Source of the DNA: Methanocaldococcus indicus
Lineage (GTDB): Archaea > AGJL01 > Methanococci > Methanococcales > Methanocaldococcaceae
Length of the DNA stretch: 64,000 bases
Assembly (NCBI RefSeq): GCF_049554935.1
Contig: NZ_CP186926.1
Span: 1,350,294-1,414,293 of the forward strand
Reading direction: 5' to 3'
The notes beneath the pieces were generated by a model. It was not told the DNA's origin, did not search any database, and saw nothing but the letters and a program-made list of their open reading frames with translations. Positions within the stretch are counted from its first letter, which is position 1, and the number at the start of each line of letters is the position of its first letter. The translations under genes and the position numbers were made by a program. Below, in pieces: positions 30,498 through 41,196 of this stretch.

Positions 30498-31316
30498 TTA
30501 TTTTTTAATTTCTTTTAAAGCTTCTTCAACTTCTGCATTTTCATGGACTATCTTACATACAGCTCTTGTTATTCCTACAACATCTCTGTGTTGGAAGATA
30601 TTTCTACCAGTTGCTACCCCAACAGCTCCAGCTTCAATAGCATCCTTAATCATTTGTAAGAATTCCTCATCAGTCTTTGTTTTTGGACCTCCTGCTATTA
30701 CTATTGGAGCTGGACAACCTTTAACAACTTCTCTAAAACTATCTATATCTCCTGTGTAAGATGTTTTTATTATATCAGCTCCTAACTCTGCTCCTAATCT
30801 TGCTGCATGAGCTACTAATTCTGGGTCTCTTTCATTTTGAATATGTTTCCCTCTTGGATACATCATAGCTATTAAGGGCATTCCCCAGTACTCACATGTC
30901 TCTGCTATCAATCCTAAATCTTTGTATGCTTCCCAATCTTCATCTGAACCAACATTTACATGAACTGAAACAGCATCAGCCCCCATTCTTATAGCTTCTT
31001 CAACTGTTGTAACTATAACCTTCTTTAATGGATTAGGTGAGATAGAAGTTCCAGCAGATAAGTGTATAATTAATCCAATATCTTTGCCATATCCTCTATG
31101 CCCATGTCTAACTATTCCTTTATGTAAAAGAACAGCATTAGCTCCTCCTTCTGCAACATTATTTATTGTTGTTTTCATATCTACTAATCCAGGAATTGGT
31201 CCATTAGAAACACCATGGTCCATAGGAACTATAACAGTTTTCTCACTCTCTTTATTAAATATTCTCTCCAATCTTACCAACTTCCCTAAATTCTTTATAT
31301 CTTTAAAGAGTTCCAT
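30498..31316 (-). CDS. aroA': 2-amino-3,7-dideoxy-D-threo-hept-6-ulosonate synthase (DhnA-type class I aldolase)
   Basis: [25 protein letters not shown] and AGGPK motifs. Confidence 0.85.
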   Translation of the reverse strand: MELFKDIKNLGKLVRLERIFNKESEKTVIVPMDHGVSNGPIPGLVDMKTTINNVAEGGANAVLLHKGIVRHGHRGYGKDIGLIIHLSAGTSISPNPLKKVIVTTVEEAIRMGADAVSVHVNVGSDEDWEAYKDLGLIAETCEYWGMPLIAMMYPRGKHIQNERDPELVAHAARLGAELGADIIKTSYTGDIDSFREVVKGCPAPIVIAGGPKTKTDEEFLQMIKDAIEAGAVGVATGRNIFQHRDVVGITRAVCKIVHENAEVEEALKEIKK

Positions 31317-31402
31317 AATACACTCACCTAAGGTATTTTTATTCAGGATTATTATTTATGGTATATATACTTTTAATAATTTTATATTTTAAGGTGAAAT
31401 TT

Positions 31403-32476
31403 ATGGATAGAGAAGAGGCTATTAATTTTCTAAACTCTAATGATTACAACCAAATATTAGAAAAGTTAAATGAAATAAATAAAAAATTTAAAAGAGAGTA
31501 TATAACTTACTCAAAGAATGTTTTTATACCTCTCTCAAAATGGTGTATAAATAGATGTGGGTATTGTGTATTTAGGGAAGATAAAGCAAGTTTAATGAAA
31601 CCTAATGAAGTTAAGGAAATTTTAATTAAAGGAGATAAGTATGGATGTAGAGAAGCTTTATTCACTTTTGGTGAGAGAGTAGACGAAAACAAACAAATAA
31701 AAGAAGAATTAAAGAAATTAGGATTTTCTAATATAATTGAATATCTATACCATTTAGAAGATTGGTGTTTAGAAAATACAAATCTCTTACCACATACAAA
31801 CTGTGGAATTTTGAATTATGATGAGTTAAAGTTGTTAAAAGAAGTCAATGCATCAATGGGTTTAATGTTAGAGAACATCTCAGAAAGATTGATGAATACA
31901 ATAGCCCACAAAGACAGCCCTGGAAAACATCCAAAGTTAAGAGTTGAGATGATAGAAAATGCTGGAAAATTGAAGATTCCTTTTACAACAGGTTTATTAA
32001 TTGGGATTGGTGAGAATAATGAGGAAATTGTTGATTCTCTCTTTAAAATAAAAGAGATTCATAATAAATATGGACATATACAGGAAGTCATAATTCAAAA
32101 CTTTAAACCAAAAAAAGGAATTCCTATGGAAAATTATAAAGAGCCATCTCCTATAAAGATGTTAAAGGTAATTATTTTAGCAAAATTAATCTTAGAAGAT
32201 ATTTCAATCCAAATACCTCCAAACTTAAATAGAGAGACAGGACAACTATTTTTATTAGCTGGAGTTGATGATTGGGGAGGAGTTTCTCCACTAACAAAAG
32301 ATTATGTTAATCCAGAAGCAGAATGGCCAGAAATTGAAGAACTAAAAAGATTAACAGAAGAAGTTGGCTTAAAACTAAAAATGAGATTGCCAGTTTATGA
32401 TAAATATATTAGTAGAGAGTGGCTGAGTGAAAAAGTTTATAATAAAATTGTTGAAATGTGTGAATTTAAAGCATAG
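31403..32476 (+). CDS. cofG: FO synthase subunit CofG (radical SAM)
   Basis: [30 protein letters not shown] and DDWGGVSP motifs; ATG 31403 after AGGTGA. Confidence 0.95.
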   Translation: MDREEAINFLNSNDYNQILEKLNEINKKFKREYITYSKNVFIPLSKWCINRCGYCVFREDKASLMKPNEVKEILIKGDKYGCREALFTFGERVDENKQIKEELKKLGFSNIIEYLYHLEDWCLENTNLLPHTNCGILNYDELKLLKEVNASMGLMLENISERLMNTIAHKDSPGKHPKLRVEMIENAGKLKIPFTTGLLIGIGENNEEIVDSLFKIKEIHNKYGHIQEVIIQNFKPKKGIPMENYKEPSPIKMLKVIILAKLILEDISIQIPPNLNRETGQLFLLAGVDDWGGVSPLTKDYVNPEAEWPEIEELKRLTEEVGLKLKMRLPVYDKYISREWLSEKVYNKIVEMCEFKA

Positions 32477-32578
32477 ATTAAAATAGTCAAAAATAATAAT
32501 AAAAAAATAAAAACTTTTTAAATAATGAATTGTGTTTTATAGTTAAGATTTATATAATGTTCAATTTGGTGATTAGTA

Positions 32579-34351
32579 TTGAAAGGAGCTGAAGCTGTTA
32601 TAAAAGCATTAAAAGCTGAAGGTGTTGATATTATCTTTGGATATCCTGGAGGGGCTATGCTACCTTTTTATGATGCTCTATATGAGAGTGATTTAATTCA
32701 CATATTAACAAGACATGAGCAAGCTGCTGCACATGCTGCTGATGGTTATGCAAGAGCTTCTGGAAAAGCAGGAGTTTGTGTCTCTACTTCTGGGCCAGGA
32801 GCTACAAACTTAGTTACTGGAATAGCAACAGCATATGCAGATTCTTCTCCTGTTATAGCAATAACTGGACAAGTGCCTACTAAATTAATAGGTAATGATG
32901 CCTTCCAAGAAATTGATGCTCTTGGAATATTTATGCCTATTACTAAACATAACTATCAAATTACAAAACCTGAAGAGATTCCAGAGGTTATAAGAGCAAG
33001 TTTTGAAATAGCAACAACTGGAAGAAAAGGACCAGTCCATATAGATTTACCTAAGGATGTTCAAACAGCTGAATTTGATGAAAAACTTTATCCTATCCCT
33101 GCTAAGGTTGATTTACCTGGATATAAGCCAAAAACTATTGGTCATCCTCTCCAAATAAAAAAAGCTATGAATCTAATAGCTGAATCTGAGAGACCTGTTA
33201 TTTTAGCTGGAGGAGGAGTTATTTTAGCTAATGCTCATCAAGAGCTTTTATTGTTTGCTGAAACATTAAAAATTCCTGTTGCAACAACTTTAATGGGAAA
33301 AGGAGCATTTCCAGAAGAGCATCCTCTCTCATTGGGAATGGCTGGAATGCATGGAACAAAAGCTGCAAACTATGCAATAAATGAGTCAGATGTATTGATT
33401 GCTATTGGATGTAGATTCTCAGATAGAGTTACAGGAGATATTAACAGTTTTGCTCCAGAGGCAAAGATAATACATATAGATATAGACCCAGCAGAGATTG
33501 GAAAGAATGTAAGAGTAGATATTCCAATAGTTGGAGATGCTAAAAATGTATTGAGAGATATGCTCAAATTAATAAATACAATTAAATTAAAAAATAAAGA
33601 TATGTGGTTAGAAAGAATCAACTATTTAAAAAAACAGTCCATTCCATTTATGGACTTCAATGACAAACCAATAAAACCTCAAAAATTTGTTAAAGAGCTA
33701 AGAGAAGTTTTGTTAGAATTAGATAAAAATTTAAAAAATACAATAATAACAACAGATGTAGGACAAAATCAAATGTGGATGGCACATTACTTTAAAGTTA
33801 ATTATCCAAGGTCTTTTATTTCTTCAGGTGGATTGGGAACTATGGGATTTGGATTCCCAGCAGGAATAGGAGCTAAGTTAGCTAAACCAAATAAGAATGT
33901 TATTTGTATTACTGGTGATGGAGGATTTTTAATGAACTCACAAGAGTTAGCTACAATCAAAGAGTATAATATTCCTGTTGTTATATGTATATTTGATAAT
34001 AGAACATTAGGAATGGTTTATCAATGGCAAAATCTTTATTATGGAAGAAGACAGAGTGAAGTTCATTTGGGAGAAAGTCCTGACTTTGTTAAATTAGCTG
34101 AGAGTTATGGAATAAAAGCTGATAGAATATACTCCCCAGATGAAATAAAAGAAAAATTAAAAGAGGCAATAACATCAGAAGAACCATATTTATTAGATAT
34201 TGTTATAGACCCTGCAGAAGCTCTTTCAATGGTTCCACCAGGTGGAAAAATAACAGAGTTTGTATATCCAGAGAGAGTAGAACCACAACCTAAAAAAGTA
34301 GATTTTAATATAATAAAGCAATATAAAGAAAAAGTTAAGGAAGAGTATTAA
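32579..34351 (+). CDS. ilvB: Acetolactate synthase large subunit
   Basis: FGYPGG, RHEQ, TSGPGATN, DVGQNQ and GDGGF motifs; TTG start. Confidence 0.96.
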   Translation: MKGAEAVIKALKAEGVDIIFGYPGGAMLPFYDALYESDLIHILTRHEQAAAHAADGYARASGKAGVCVSTSGPGATNLVTGIATAYADSSPVIAITGQVPTKLIGNDAFQEIDALGIFMPITKHNYQITKPEEIPEVIRASFEIATTGRKGPVHIDLPKDVQTAEFDEKLYPIPAKVDLPGYKPKTIGHPLQIKKAMNLIAESERPVILAGGGVILANAHQELLLFAETLKIPVATTLMGKGAFPEEHPLSLGMAGMHGTKAANYAINESDVLIAIGCRFSDRVTGDINSFAPEAKIIHIDIDPAEIGKNVRVDIPIVGDAKNVLRDMLKLINTIKLKNKDMWLERINYLKKQSIPFMDFNDKPIKPQKFVKELREVLLELDKNLKNTIITTDVGQNQMWMAHYFKVNYPRSFISSGGLGTMGFGFPAGIGAKLAKPNKNVICITGDGGFLMNSQELATIKEYNIPVVICIFDNRTLGMVYQWQNLYYGRRQSEVHLGESPDFVKLAESYGIKADRIYSPDEIKEKLKEAITSEEPYLLDIVIDPAEALSMVPPGGKITEFVYPERVEPQPKKVDFNIIKQYKEKVKEEY

Positions 34352-35382
34352 TCAATAGAAAATCTTAACAATGCAGCTATTCCTCCAAGAGCTTTTAACT
34401 GTTTTCCTGCATCATGCTCAGAAGAAACTATAACAACATTCCCTCCAATTTCTTCAACTTTATTTATAATTTCTTCAATCTCCTTATTTCTTATTATACT
34501 ATCTGAAACTAAAAGAGTGTCTATTGCAGCATAGTTTATAGCTTTTTTAACATCTTCTAATCCATAAGCAGCTAATCCATCTTTTGCTATCTCCTCTAAT
34601 AATCTCTCTACTAATTGTGTTTCTTTTGCAACTCTTGAATCAGCATATATCCTATTTATTATCCCTCTTTTTATTGCTTCATTCAATCCTGCTTTTGAAG
34701 TTAATGAGACAGATTCAACAATAACCTTTTTTTTGATTTCAGGATAGTTATCTAAGAACTTATAAAAATTGTTTTTAGCAAATCCTGGACCTGCAACTAA
34801 TATATTATCAGCAGAATACTCCTTTAAAACCTTGGCTATTTCATGGTAATACTCCTTTTTTAATTCTTCATTAGCTTTGTAATCTAATCTTTTAGATGAG
34901 TGAGATTTAATACTACATATTTCTTTTATTTTATAATCTTTTACTTCAAAAATATCAGCTTCTTCATCATCCATAATAACAGCTAAAATCTTTGGTTTTT
35001 TAGAAGATTCCAAAGCTTCTCTTATCCTATCAATTTGCCATTTTTTCCAATCTTTTTCTATTGTTATTTCATCAAAAGGTTTTATTTCAATTGTATGATG
35101 ACTACCTAATGGCACTAAATCAGGACCTTTTATAATTTTCCCTAAAATTCTTAATCTTTTAGTATTTTCATCAAACTCAGTATTTTCAACCTCAACACCT
35201 AAGAACATTTTTATCTTAGCACCTCTATCTGCTCTAATAACATCTCCTTTATCCTGCACTCTCCTCTCAGATAGAGCATAAACTTTATCTCCAACCTCAA
35301 TAATATTGTATAAATCCCACAAATCATCTAAGTTCTCTGGCATTAACTTAATAATATTTTTTTCCTCTTCTAAAATTTTCAT
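34348..35382 (-). CDS. pelA: mRNA surveillance protein Pelota
   Basis: DDLWDLYNII, GSHHT, AGPGFAK and LGGIAALLRF motifs. Confidence 0.96.
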   Translation of the reverse strand: MKILEEEKNIIKLMPENLDDLWDLYNIIEVGDKVYALSERRVQDKGDVIRADRGAKIKMFLGVEVENTEFDENTKRLRILGKIIKGPDLVPLGSHHTIEIKPFDEITIEKDWKKWQIDRIREALESSKKPKILAVIMDDEEADIFEVKDYKIKEICSIKSHSSKRLDYKANEELKKEYYHEIAKVLKEYSADNILVAGPGFAKNNFYKFLDNYPEIKKKVIVESVSLTSKAGLNEAIKRGIINRIYADSRVAKETQLVERLLEEIAKDGLAAYGLEDVKKAINYAAIDTLLVSDSIIRNKEIEEIINKVEEIGGNVVIVSSEHDAGKQLKALGGIAALLRFSID

Positions 35383-35640
35383 AAGTATCCCCTAATTTGA
35401 TTATTTTTTATTAAACATTTTTAAAAATTATTTTTATAGTATTAGATAAAATTCAAAAATTTTGTTTTTTATTTATATTATACTATATATACAAATATTT
35501 GAATATATCAAGAACTATAGATACATTACCAAAGTTGCTGGAATTTTTAAAAATAGTACTACTAAAAACACATTAAATAGTTATTGTGTGTGCAGTGGGC
35601 AAATTTTTTTATAAAAATAAAAAAAGATTATGTAAGGAGT

Positions 35641-36855
35641 TTATTGGATATCGGAGAAAGAATCTAAGTAAATTTGTTTAACTCTCTCTTTTGTAGCTTC
35701 AACTGGAGCTAAACTTAGGAGGATATCCAAACTTGGAGTGTTGAAAGCTAATTCAACCAACTCATCAACATCTTCCTCTTTAAATCCTAAATCTCCTAAT
35801 TTTTGTGTTAATCCCATTTCTTTTAACCAATTCTCTACTTCTTTTGCTAAGAATAATCCATCCTCCTTAGCTTTCTTATAATCTTTTACAATTGGTTCAT
35901 AAATGTATGCAAATATCTCTGGAACTGCTGAATGACAGTGTTTTATAACTGCTGGTAATAACACTCCTAAACCTATCCCGTGAGTAACATCTGGATTAAT
36001 TCCACTTAAAGGATGCTCTAATGCGTGAGTGTAGTGTAACAATCCATTATCAAAGCAAATTCCTGCTAATGCAGAGGCATATAACAACCAATATCTTGCT
36101 TCTAAATTACTTCCATCTTCTAATGCTATTGGTAAGTATTTTGCTATAATTTCAATAACTCTTCTTGCTAACTCTATTGAATATGGGCTTCTTGCTAAAC
36201 TTGTAGCTGCTTCATTAACATGGTTTAGAGCATCTATTGTTGTAGCTAAGGTTTGATATTTATCCAATCCAACTGTTAATTTTGGGTCATCAATTGAGAA
36301 TTGTGGATAGATAACCTCACTAACTAATGCTGGTTTGTAATTATCTTCTGGAATGTTTGCTACTGCAAATCTATCAACTTCTGTCCCTGTTCCGTGTGTT
36401 GTGTTTATTGCAACAATTGGTTTAGCTTTTTCTGGTGTAAATTCATACTTGTATAAGCTTCTACCATTTTGGTCTGGATATTCTAAGAGAACTGCTACTC
36501 CCTTAGCACTGTCAATTGGACTACCTCCACCAATTCCAACTACAAAGTCAGCATTTATCTCTCTACCTAATTCAGTAGCTTCATCCACCATATCAACTGT
36601 TGGGTTTGGAGCTATTTTATTGTAAATTTCATAGTTCATATCATATTTTTCTAATGCTTTTTCAACATAATCCCAAGCTCCTGTTTTCTTATAACTGCTT
36701 CTTCCAGTTACAAATAATACATTTTTCATTCCTTTGTTTGCATAGTAATTAAAGATGTCATCTATTTTTTCTATTGCCCCAACTCCAAAGTAACATATTG
36801 GTTTTGCTCTTAACTCAAATACTTTGTTTATATCTACTCTATCCATCCATTCCAT
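35641..36855 (-). CDS. Iron-containing alcohol dehydrogenase (group III, AdhA-like)
   Basis: GIGGGSPIDSAK, NTTHGTGTE, DALNH, HALEH and HGIGL motifs; strong GAGGTGA RBS. Confidence 0.93.
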   Translation of the reverse strand: MEWMDRVDINKVFELRAKPICYFGVGAIEKIDDIFNYYANKGMKNVLFVTGRSSYKKTGAWDYVEKALEKYDMNYEIYNKIAPNPTVDMVDEATELGREINADFVVGIGGGSPIDSAKGVAVLLEYPDQNGRSLYKYEFTPEKAKPIVAINTTHGTGTEVDRFAVANIPEDNYKPALVSEVIYPQFSIDDPKLTVGLDKYQTLATTIDALNHVNEAATSLARSPYSIELARRVIEIIAKYLPIALEDGSNLEARYWLLYASALAGICFDNGLLHYTHALEHPLSGINPDVTHGIGLGVLLPAVIKHCHSAVPEIFAYIYEPIVKDYKKAKEDGLFLAKEVENWLKEMGLTQKLGDLGFKEEDVDELVELAFNTPSLDILLSLAPVEATKERVKQIYLDSFSDIQ

Positions 36856-36895
36856 ACCTCTCTCACCTCTTAAAAGGTTTATTAAGTTTAATGGA

Positions 36896-36926
36896 TGTTA
36901 AAAGTATATACTGTTAAAAGTATATA
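36896..36926. repeat. 15-bp direct repeat overlapping the ADH promoter
   Basis: TGTTAAAAGTATATA at 36896-36910 and 36912-36926. Confidence 0.8.
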
Positions 36927-36944
36927 AAACTTAACCTTGCAACT

Positions 36945-38168
36945 TCACTTTGAGAGAGGATTTTTACTAATAACAAGTATTGTTGCAGTTTGATTATAAT
37001 GTCCAAGTGACCCCCCTCTGGTAGCACCTTGCTCTCCATAGGTATTAAATCCTATTACTGGGACATCATCTCCTACAACCTCTCTTATAAGCTTAATATC
37101 ATCAATTCCTAATTCTTTATTTAATAAGTATCTTAATATACAATTAAACACAATTATGCAAGCAACATCTTCTTTTTTACAAACTGAACTAATTGTATTT
37201 TCAAGTGCTTTTTTAAACCTCTCCTCTGCAATTTTTTTGTTTGTTGTCATCAAATTCAAGTAAATGTTTTCTGGAACTTCTGAATAGAAAGTTAAACTCT
37301 TATCTGGATTTTCCATCATAATACTTTTTATGGTATATTCTCCAAACACATCACAAGCTCTGACTCCCAAAGGATTATCAGCAAAAACTTGGGGAGTGAG
37401 GTTTTTTACTTTGAGAGTGTCTTTTAGCACTTCTGATGCTGGCTGTCCATCAAGCTCATAAACACATCTATTTTTTGATTTTGTAACTATAAATCCTTTA
37501 TCTGTTGGAATGTAAGGATGAGTCATTCCTGTTCCCATTTTAAAACCACAAAGAATTGAGAACACTACACTGTTAGTATAAACTCCATTACATATTTGAT
37601 AAGTTCTTTTAAACTTCAAATCATCCCCAGAAGAACCACCAACAATATTGATATTTCTCCCCATTTTTTGGACAATTCCTCTCATACAACTTTCTTCAAC
37701 TCCTGCTAATCCATCTGGGATTATTATTGAGTGAAAAGGGTTTATATTCATATAATTCAAATTTTTTGATTTTAAGTATCCTAAAAATAGGAAACTTGCT
37801 AAGGTAGGGTCAGATGTAATATCTTTATAAGCTGATATACAAGCAGTTTCTCCTGCTTTTATTGGATTTTCACTCAAATTAGTTCCTATTCCTACACCAA
37901 CTTTTAACATAGGGCTTTCTAAGGTTAATACAGCAACACTATTCTCTTTGTATCCTTCTAAATTACTCAACTCTCCTGCTGTTGAGCATCCAATTATATA
38001 ACCTGTTGGGATAACTTCTCTTACTTCATCATATACCTCATTAGGATTTAGATTTGAGGAAAAAAACACTATTGAGAGTTTTGGTTTTTGCAAACCTTCC
38101 ATAGCTTGTTGTCCTGCCTCCTTACCAGTTTCAGCATGTCCAATTCCTACCTTTAACATAAGTTTCAC
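36945..38168 (-). CDS. Stand-alone FIST (NosP-like) domain protein
   Basis: IGCSTAGE, DGL, VGGSSGD, VYELDGQPA, FNCILR, GFNTYGE and NQT motifs; the real start may be ATG 38159. Confidence 0.9.
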   Translation of the reverse strand: MKLMLKVGIGHAETGKEAGQQAMEGLQKPKLSIVFFSSNLNPNEVYDEVREVIPTGYIIGCSTAGELSNLEGYKENSVAVLTLESPMLKVGVGIGTNLSENPIKAGETACISAYKDITSDPTLASFLFLGYLKSKNLNYMNINPFHSIIIPDGLAGVEESCMRGIVQKMGRNINIVGGSSGDDLKFKRTYQICNGVYTNSVVFSILCGFKMGTGMTHPYIPTDKGFIVTKSKNRCVYELDGQPASEVLKDTLKVKNLTPQVFADNPLGVRACDVFGEYTIKSIMMENPDKSLTFYSEVPENIYLNLMTTNKKIAEERFKKALENTISSVCKKEDVACIIVFNCILRYLLNKELGIDDIKLIREVVGDDVPVIGFNTYGEQGATRGGSLGHYNQTATILVISKNPLSK

Positions 38169-38492
38169 CTATCCCCACATTAATACTACCTAAAATATAT
38201 TACAAAATCAAAAAATATATAAAAGAGACAACTCTATCAATAGTTAAAAATATTTAATTAAAAAAATAAGTGGTTAGAATAGAGCTCTTTTAGCTATTTG
38301 GTAAGCATTATTCATAGGTATAAATCCTATTAAACAACTTAAAAGTCATCCTTCTAATGTTATCAGGAGCAATAACCTTTGGTCGATCATCATCCCTTAC
38401 AATTACATATTTATAAATAATAACTGAGATATATAACTTTATGAGCGTTTAAATTTTTAATTTTTTGTTAAAAGAAACTGTCAGGTGAATCA

Positions 38493-38928
38493 ATGAATTT
38501 AAATGATATGATTAATATTGTTTTTATAATTATATATGTGGGGATAATACCATGGTTTGTTAATTGGATAATACTAAATAAAAATAATAAAACAATAAAT
38601 TTCCTAAAATCCTTTGATTATATAGAAACTATGGTGGATAATAAAACTAAAATTATTATCTCTGTTGTTGAACTAGTTTTTGTAATTGGTATAATACTCG
38701 GATATAATTATTTTCATCAATTTTTAAATATTAATAAAGTAATTTACTTACTTTTTAGTAGTATAGTGATATTTTTTGTAGATTATTCGTTAAAAATTCA
38801 CTTATTGAGCAAAACTATTCAAATACAATGTAATAGTAGGTAATAGATATGAATCTAGGATATTACTTCCAACCTTAGTATTAATTTTATTTACCTTTGG
38901 CTTTTTATCTTCTTTGATAACGAATATT
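38493..38928 (+). pseudogene. Membrane protein gene, frameshifted and truncated by IS6
   Basis: ORF 38493-38843 has 3 TM-like segments; the +1 frame from about 38809 continues AKLFKYNVIVGNRYESRILLPTLVLILFTFGFLSSLITNI into the IS end. Confidence 0.55.
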
Positions 38929-39630
38929 GACACTGTCAAGTTAACGACATCAACCAATTGTAGAACATCATGAAACTTTTAATCCAGCTAACAACTGTAT
39001 CGAATTTGCTGTTATTAGGAAACCTATTATAAAATGCTTTAGTTCTTCGTTTGAGTAGTGAGAAAAAGCTTTCTACACAATTTCTCAGTCCGAATCTGAC
39101 TCTTTCAAATTCTAAACCCAATCTTTGCCATGCCCACGGATACCATCTTCCACCATCGACCAAAATCTTCGGCTTATTAGAGCAAAATTTTAATATACTC
39201 TTAACGAATAATATAGTATCGAGGCAGTTTCTTGTTTCAGAAACATAAACTCCCAAGCACTCTTTCGATTCAACATCAATAGCAGACCATACGTAAATAT
39301 TTTCATTTCCAATCTTTAGTTTGGTCTCATCGATTGCAATTGCGTATCTTTCCTTTCTTTCAGGTTCGTTTAAAACATCTTTAATCTTGTGATAATAAGT
39401 CCTAACCGACTCATGGCTTATACTTTCGAATTGGGAAAGAAACAAACTTACCTTCCTCAACGATAGTCCAAGATAATACAAAATCCCAGCTAAGATTTTA
39501 ACTTCTATCGACTTCTTATTCCTTTTAAAAATCTTCTCCTCTTCGATTCTCTCCTTTAAGACTTCTATCGTGAGCTTCATATTTTATTATTTTTTATCAA
39601 TTATTAATAAAAGCTTAACTTGACACTCTC
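38929..39630 (-). mobile_element. IS6-family insertion sequence (702 bp)
   Basis: Terminal inverted repeats GACACTGTCAAGTTAA (38929-38944) and TTAACTTGACACTCTC (39615-39630), 14/16 match; no target-site duplication. Confidence 0.92.
38936..39580 (-). CDS. IS6-family DDE transposase
   Basis: GLSLR, AIDETK, LVDGG.WY and [13 protein letters not shown] motifs; the stop lies inside the IR. Confidence 0.93.
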   Translation of the reverse strand: MKLTIEVLKERIEEEKIFKRNKKSIEVKILAGILYYLGLSLRKVSLFLSQFESISHESVRTYYHKIKDVLNEPERKERYAIAIDETKLKIGNENIYVWSAIDVESKECLGVYVSETRNCLDTILFVKSILKFCSNKPKILVDGGRWYPWAWQRLGLEFERVRFGLRNCVESFFSLLKRRTKAFYNRFPNNSKFDTVVSWIKSFMMFYNWLMSLT

Positions 39631-39716
39631 TAATCATCACAAAATTTTTTTATTATTTTAAGCAAATAATAAAAATTATTATTATCTGTTATAACCTCAA
39701 ACTTTAACATATTCAT
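39630..39716 (-). pseudogene. 5' remnant of a gene cut by IS6
   Basis: GAGGGGG RBS, then MNMLKFEVITDNNNFYYLLKIIKKFCDD; the TAG stop is completed by the terminal base of the IS. Confidence 0.45.
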
Positions 39717-39779
39717 TTATCCCCCTCTAAAAATTATTAAATTATTTTAAAAGTTGTAAATGACAACATAAAATAAAAT

Positions 39780-41075
39780 CTAACTCTCTAAAATAGCCTT
39801 TTTTCTACTTTCAATAATTATTTTTCCTAAATATAGTCCTAAAAATATAGATATAAGAATTATCCAAAACTTTAATGGTAATCCTAATATATAGAGTTCA
39901 TAAAATATTTCTTTTTTAGATGCTGTTATTAGCACATGGACGGCTTCTAAGGCATAAATTCCAAATATTCCAATCTCTAAAACTTCCATTGCCTCTCCTA
40001 ATGCAACTTGATATTTTGTATTCTCTGCAAGTTGTTTTGCTATATCTCTTTCTAAATCTTCTGATATAGTAGTCAATAACCTTGTTAAACTTGTAGCTAA
40101 CTTTTCATTACTATCTAACAATGTTTTTATCTCTCTAATTCTATACTGTATCCTTTTAATTTTTTTATCTACATCTAACAAATCTAATATGTTATTTGTA
40201 AATTCATCATCAACACAATTATTATGTTTTTCTACAATTTCAATTATTTCCTCTAAATAGCCTATAACTATCTCTATAACAGACATCTCTTTATCTATAA
40301 TACTTAGTTCTCCTCTAATTTCATCTATATTATCATAATCTAAATTTTTTATTGAATCACTAATAATCTCTAATTTTGAGGAAATACTATTTAATTTAAA
40401 AAATAAATCTCTTGAAACACCTGTTAAACTTCTTATAAAAGTGTAACAATAAATAAATTTTTCAAATTTTTTAGGTGTTTTTGTAGAGATATATATTCCA
40501 AAATCACCAAATATTATACTTCCTTCACTCAACTTAATAACTCTTTTTATAGACCCAACAATTTGAGAAAGTTTTAAAATATCTTCTTTATCTTTTATTT
40601 CTGTTTCAGATACAACAGTAACATGTTTATAAACCTTCAATCTACCATATAAAACCTCTAATAAATATCTCTGTGAAGATGATAGAAGAGGATACATAAC
40701 TCTTGACGACTTAATTATTAAATTTGGAATAATAAATGATAGTTTTTTTATCTCTGATTCTTCAACCTCTAATGCATAAATACATCTACCTAAATAATCA
40801 GCATATATAAACATATCTATATTATCAATAACTAATGTAGATATTAATTTTATATAATTTTCTGGCTCAAAATCAATAATTTTTACTGTTGTAACATGCT
40901 TAGATATTGAAAAAAATGGCTCATTTTTTATATTTTTAGTTGGAGATATACTAAAATATCTTTTTCTATTGCTTTGATACTCTTTGAGTGTTATTCTATC
41001 TATAAATTCAGTTAAATAGTTTTTACCAAAAGGTATCCACTCAGTTAAAATAATTTTAGGACTTTTTATTAGCAT
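39780..41075 (-). CDS. Hypothetical protein with a long helical region and two C-terminal TM helices
   Basis: 431-aa ORF with GGAG RBS; hydrophobic C-terminal pair. Confidence 0.8.
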   Translation of the reverse strand: MLIKSPKIILTEWIPFGKNYLTEFIDRITLKEYQSNRKRYFSISPTKNIKNEPFFSISKHVTTVKIIDFEPENYIKLISTLVIDNIDMFIYADYLGRCIYALEVEESEIKKLSFIIPNLIIKSSRVMYPLLSSSQRYLLEVLYGRLKVYKHVTVVSETEIKDKEDILKLSQIVGSIKRVIKLSEGSIIFGDFGIYISTKTPKKFEKFIYCYTFIRSLTGVSRDLFFKLNSISSKLEIISDSIKNLDYDNIDEIRGELSIIDKEMSVIEIVIGYLEEIIEIVEKHNNCVDDEFTNNILDLLDVDKKIKRIQYRIREIKTLLDSNEKLATSLTRLLTTISEDLERDIAKQLAENTKYQVALGEAMEVLEIGIFGIYALEAVHVLITASKKEIFYELYILGLPLKFWIILISIFLGLYLGKIIIESRKKAILES

Positions 41076-41196
41076 ATTATTATCTCCCCAAATTTATCCT
41101 TCTCATAAATAATCCCATACATATTTTTAAATTTTTAATATTTAAAAATAAAGTTTAAAATATTTATATTACTTTTTTATGTTATAAAAAAACTTT

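Noticed and set aside
35583-35601. Short GC-richer patch (TGTGTGTGCAGTGGGC) downstream of the ADH
   Set aside because: No complementary arm, box motif or repeat copy was found.
38346-38396. Second C/D-like RNA on the minus strand (ATGATGA...CTGA...AGGATGA)
   Set aside because: The first spacer is 20 nt (too long), and there is no terminal box D or closing stem. It may be a gene relic or chance.
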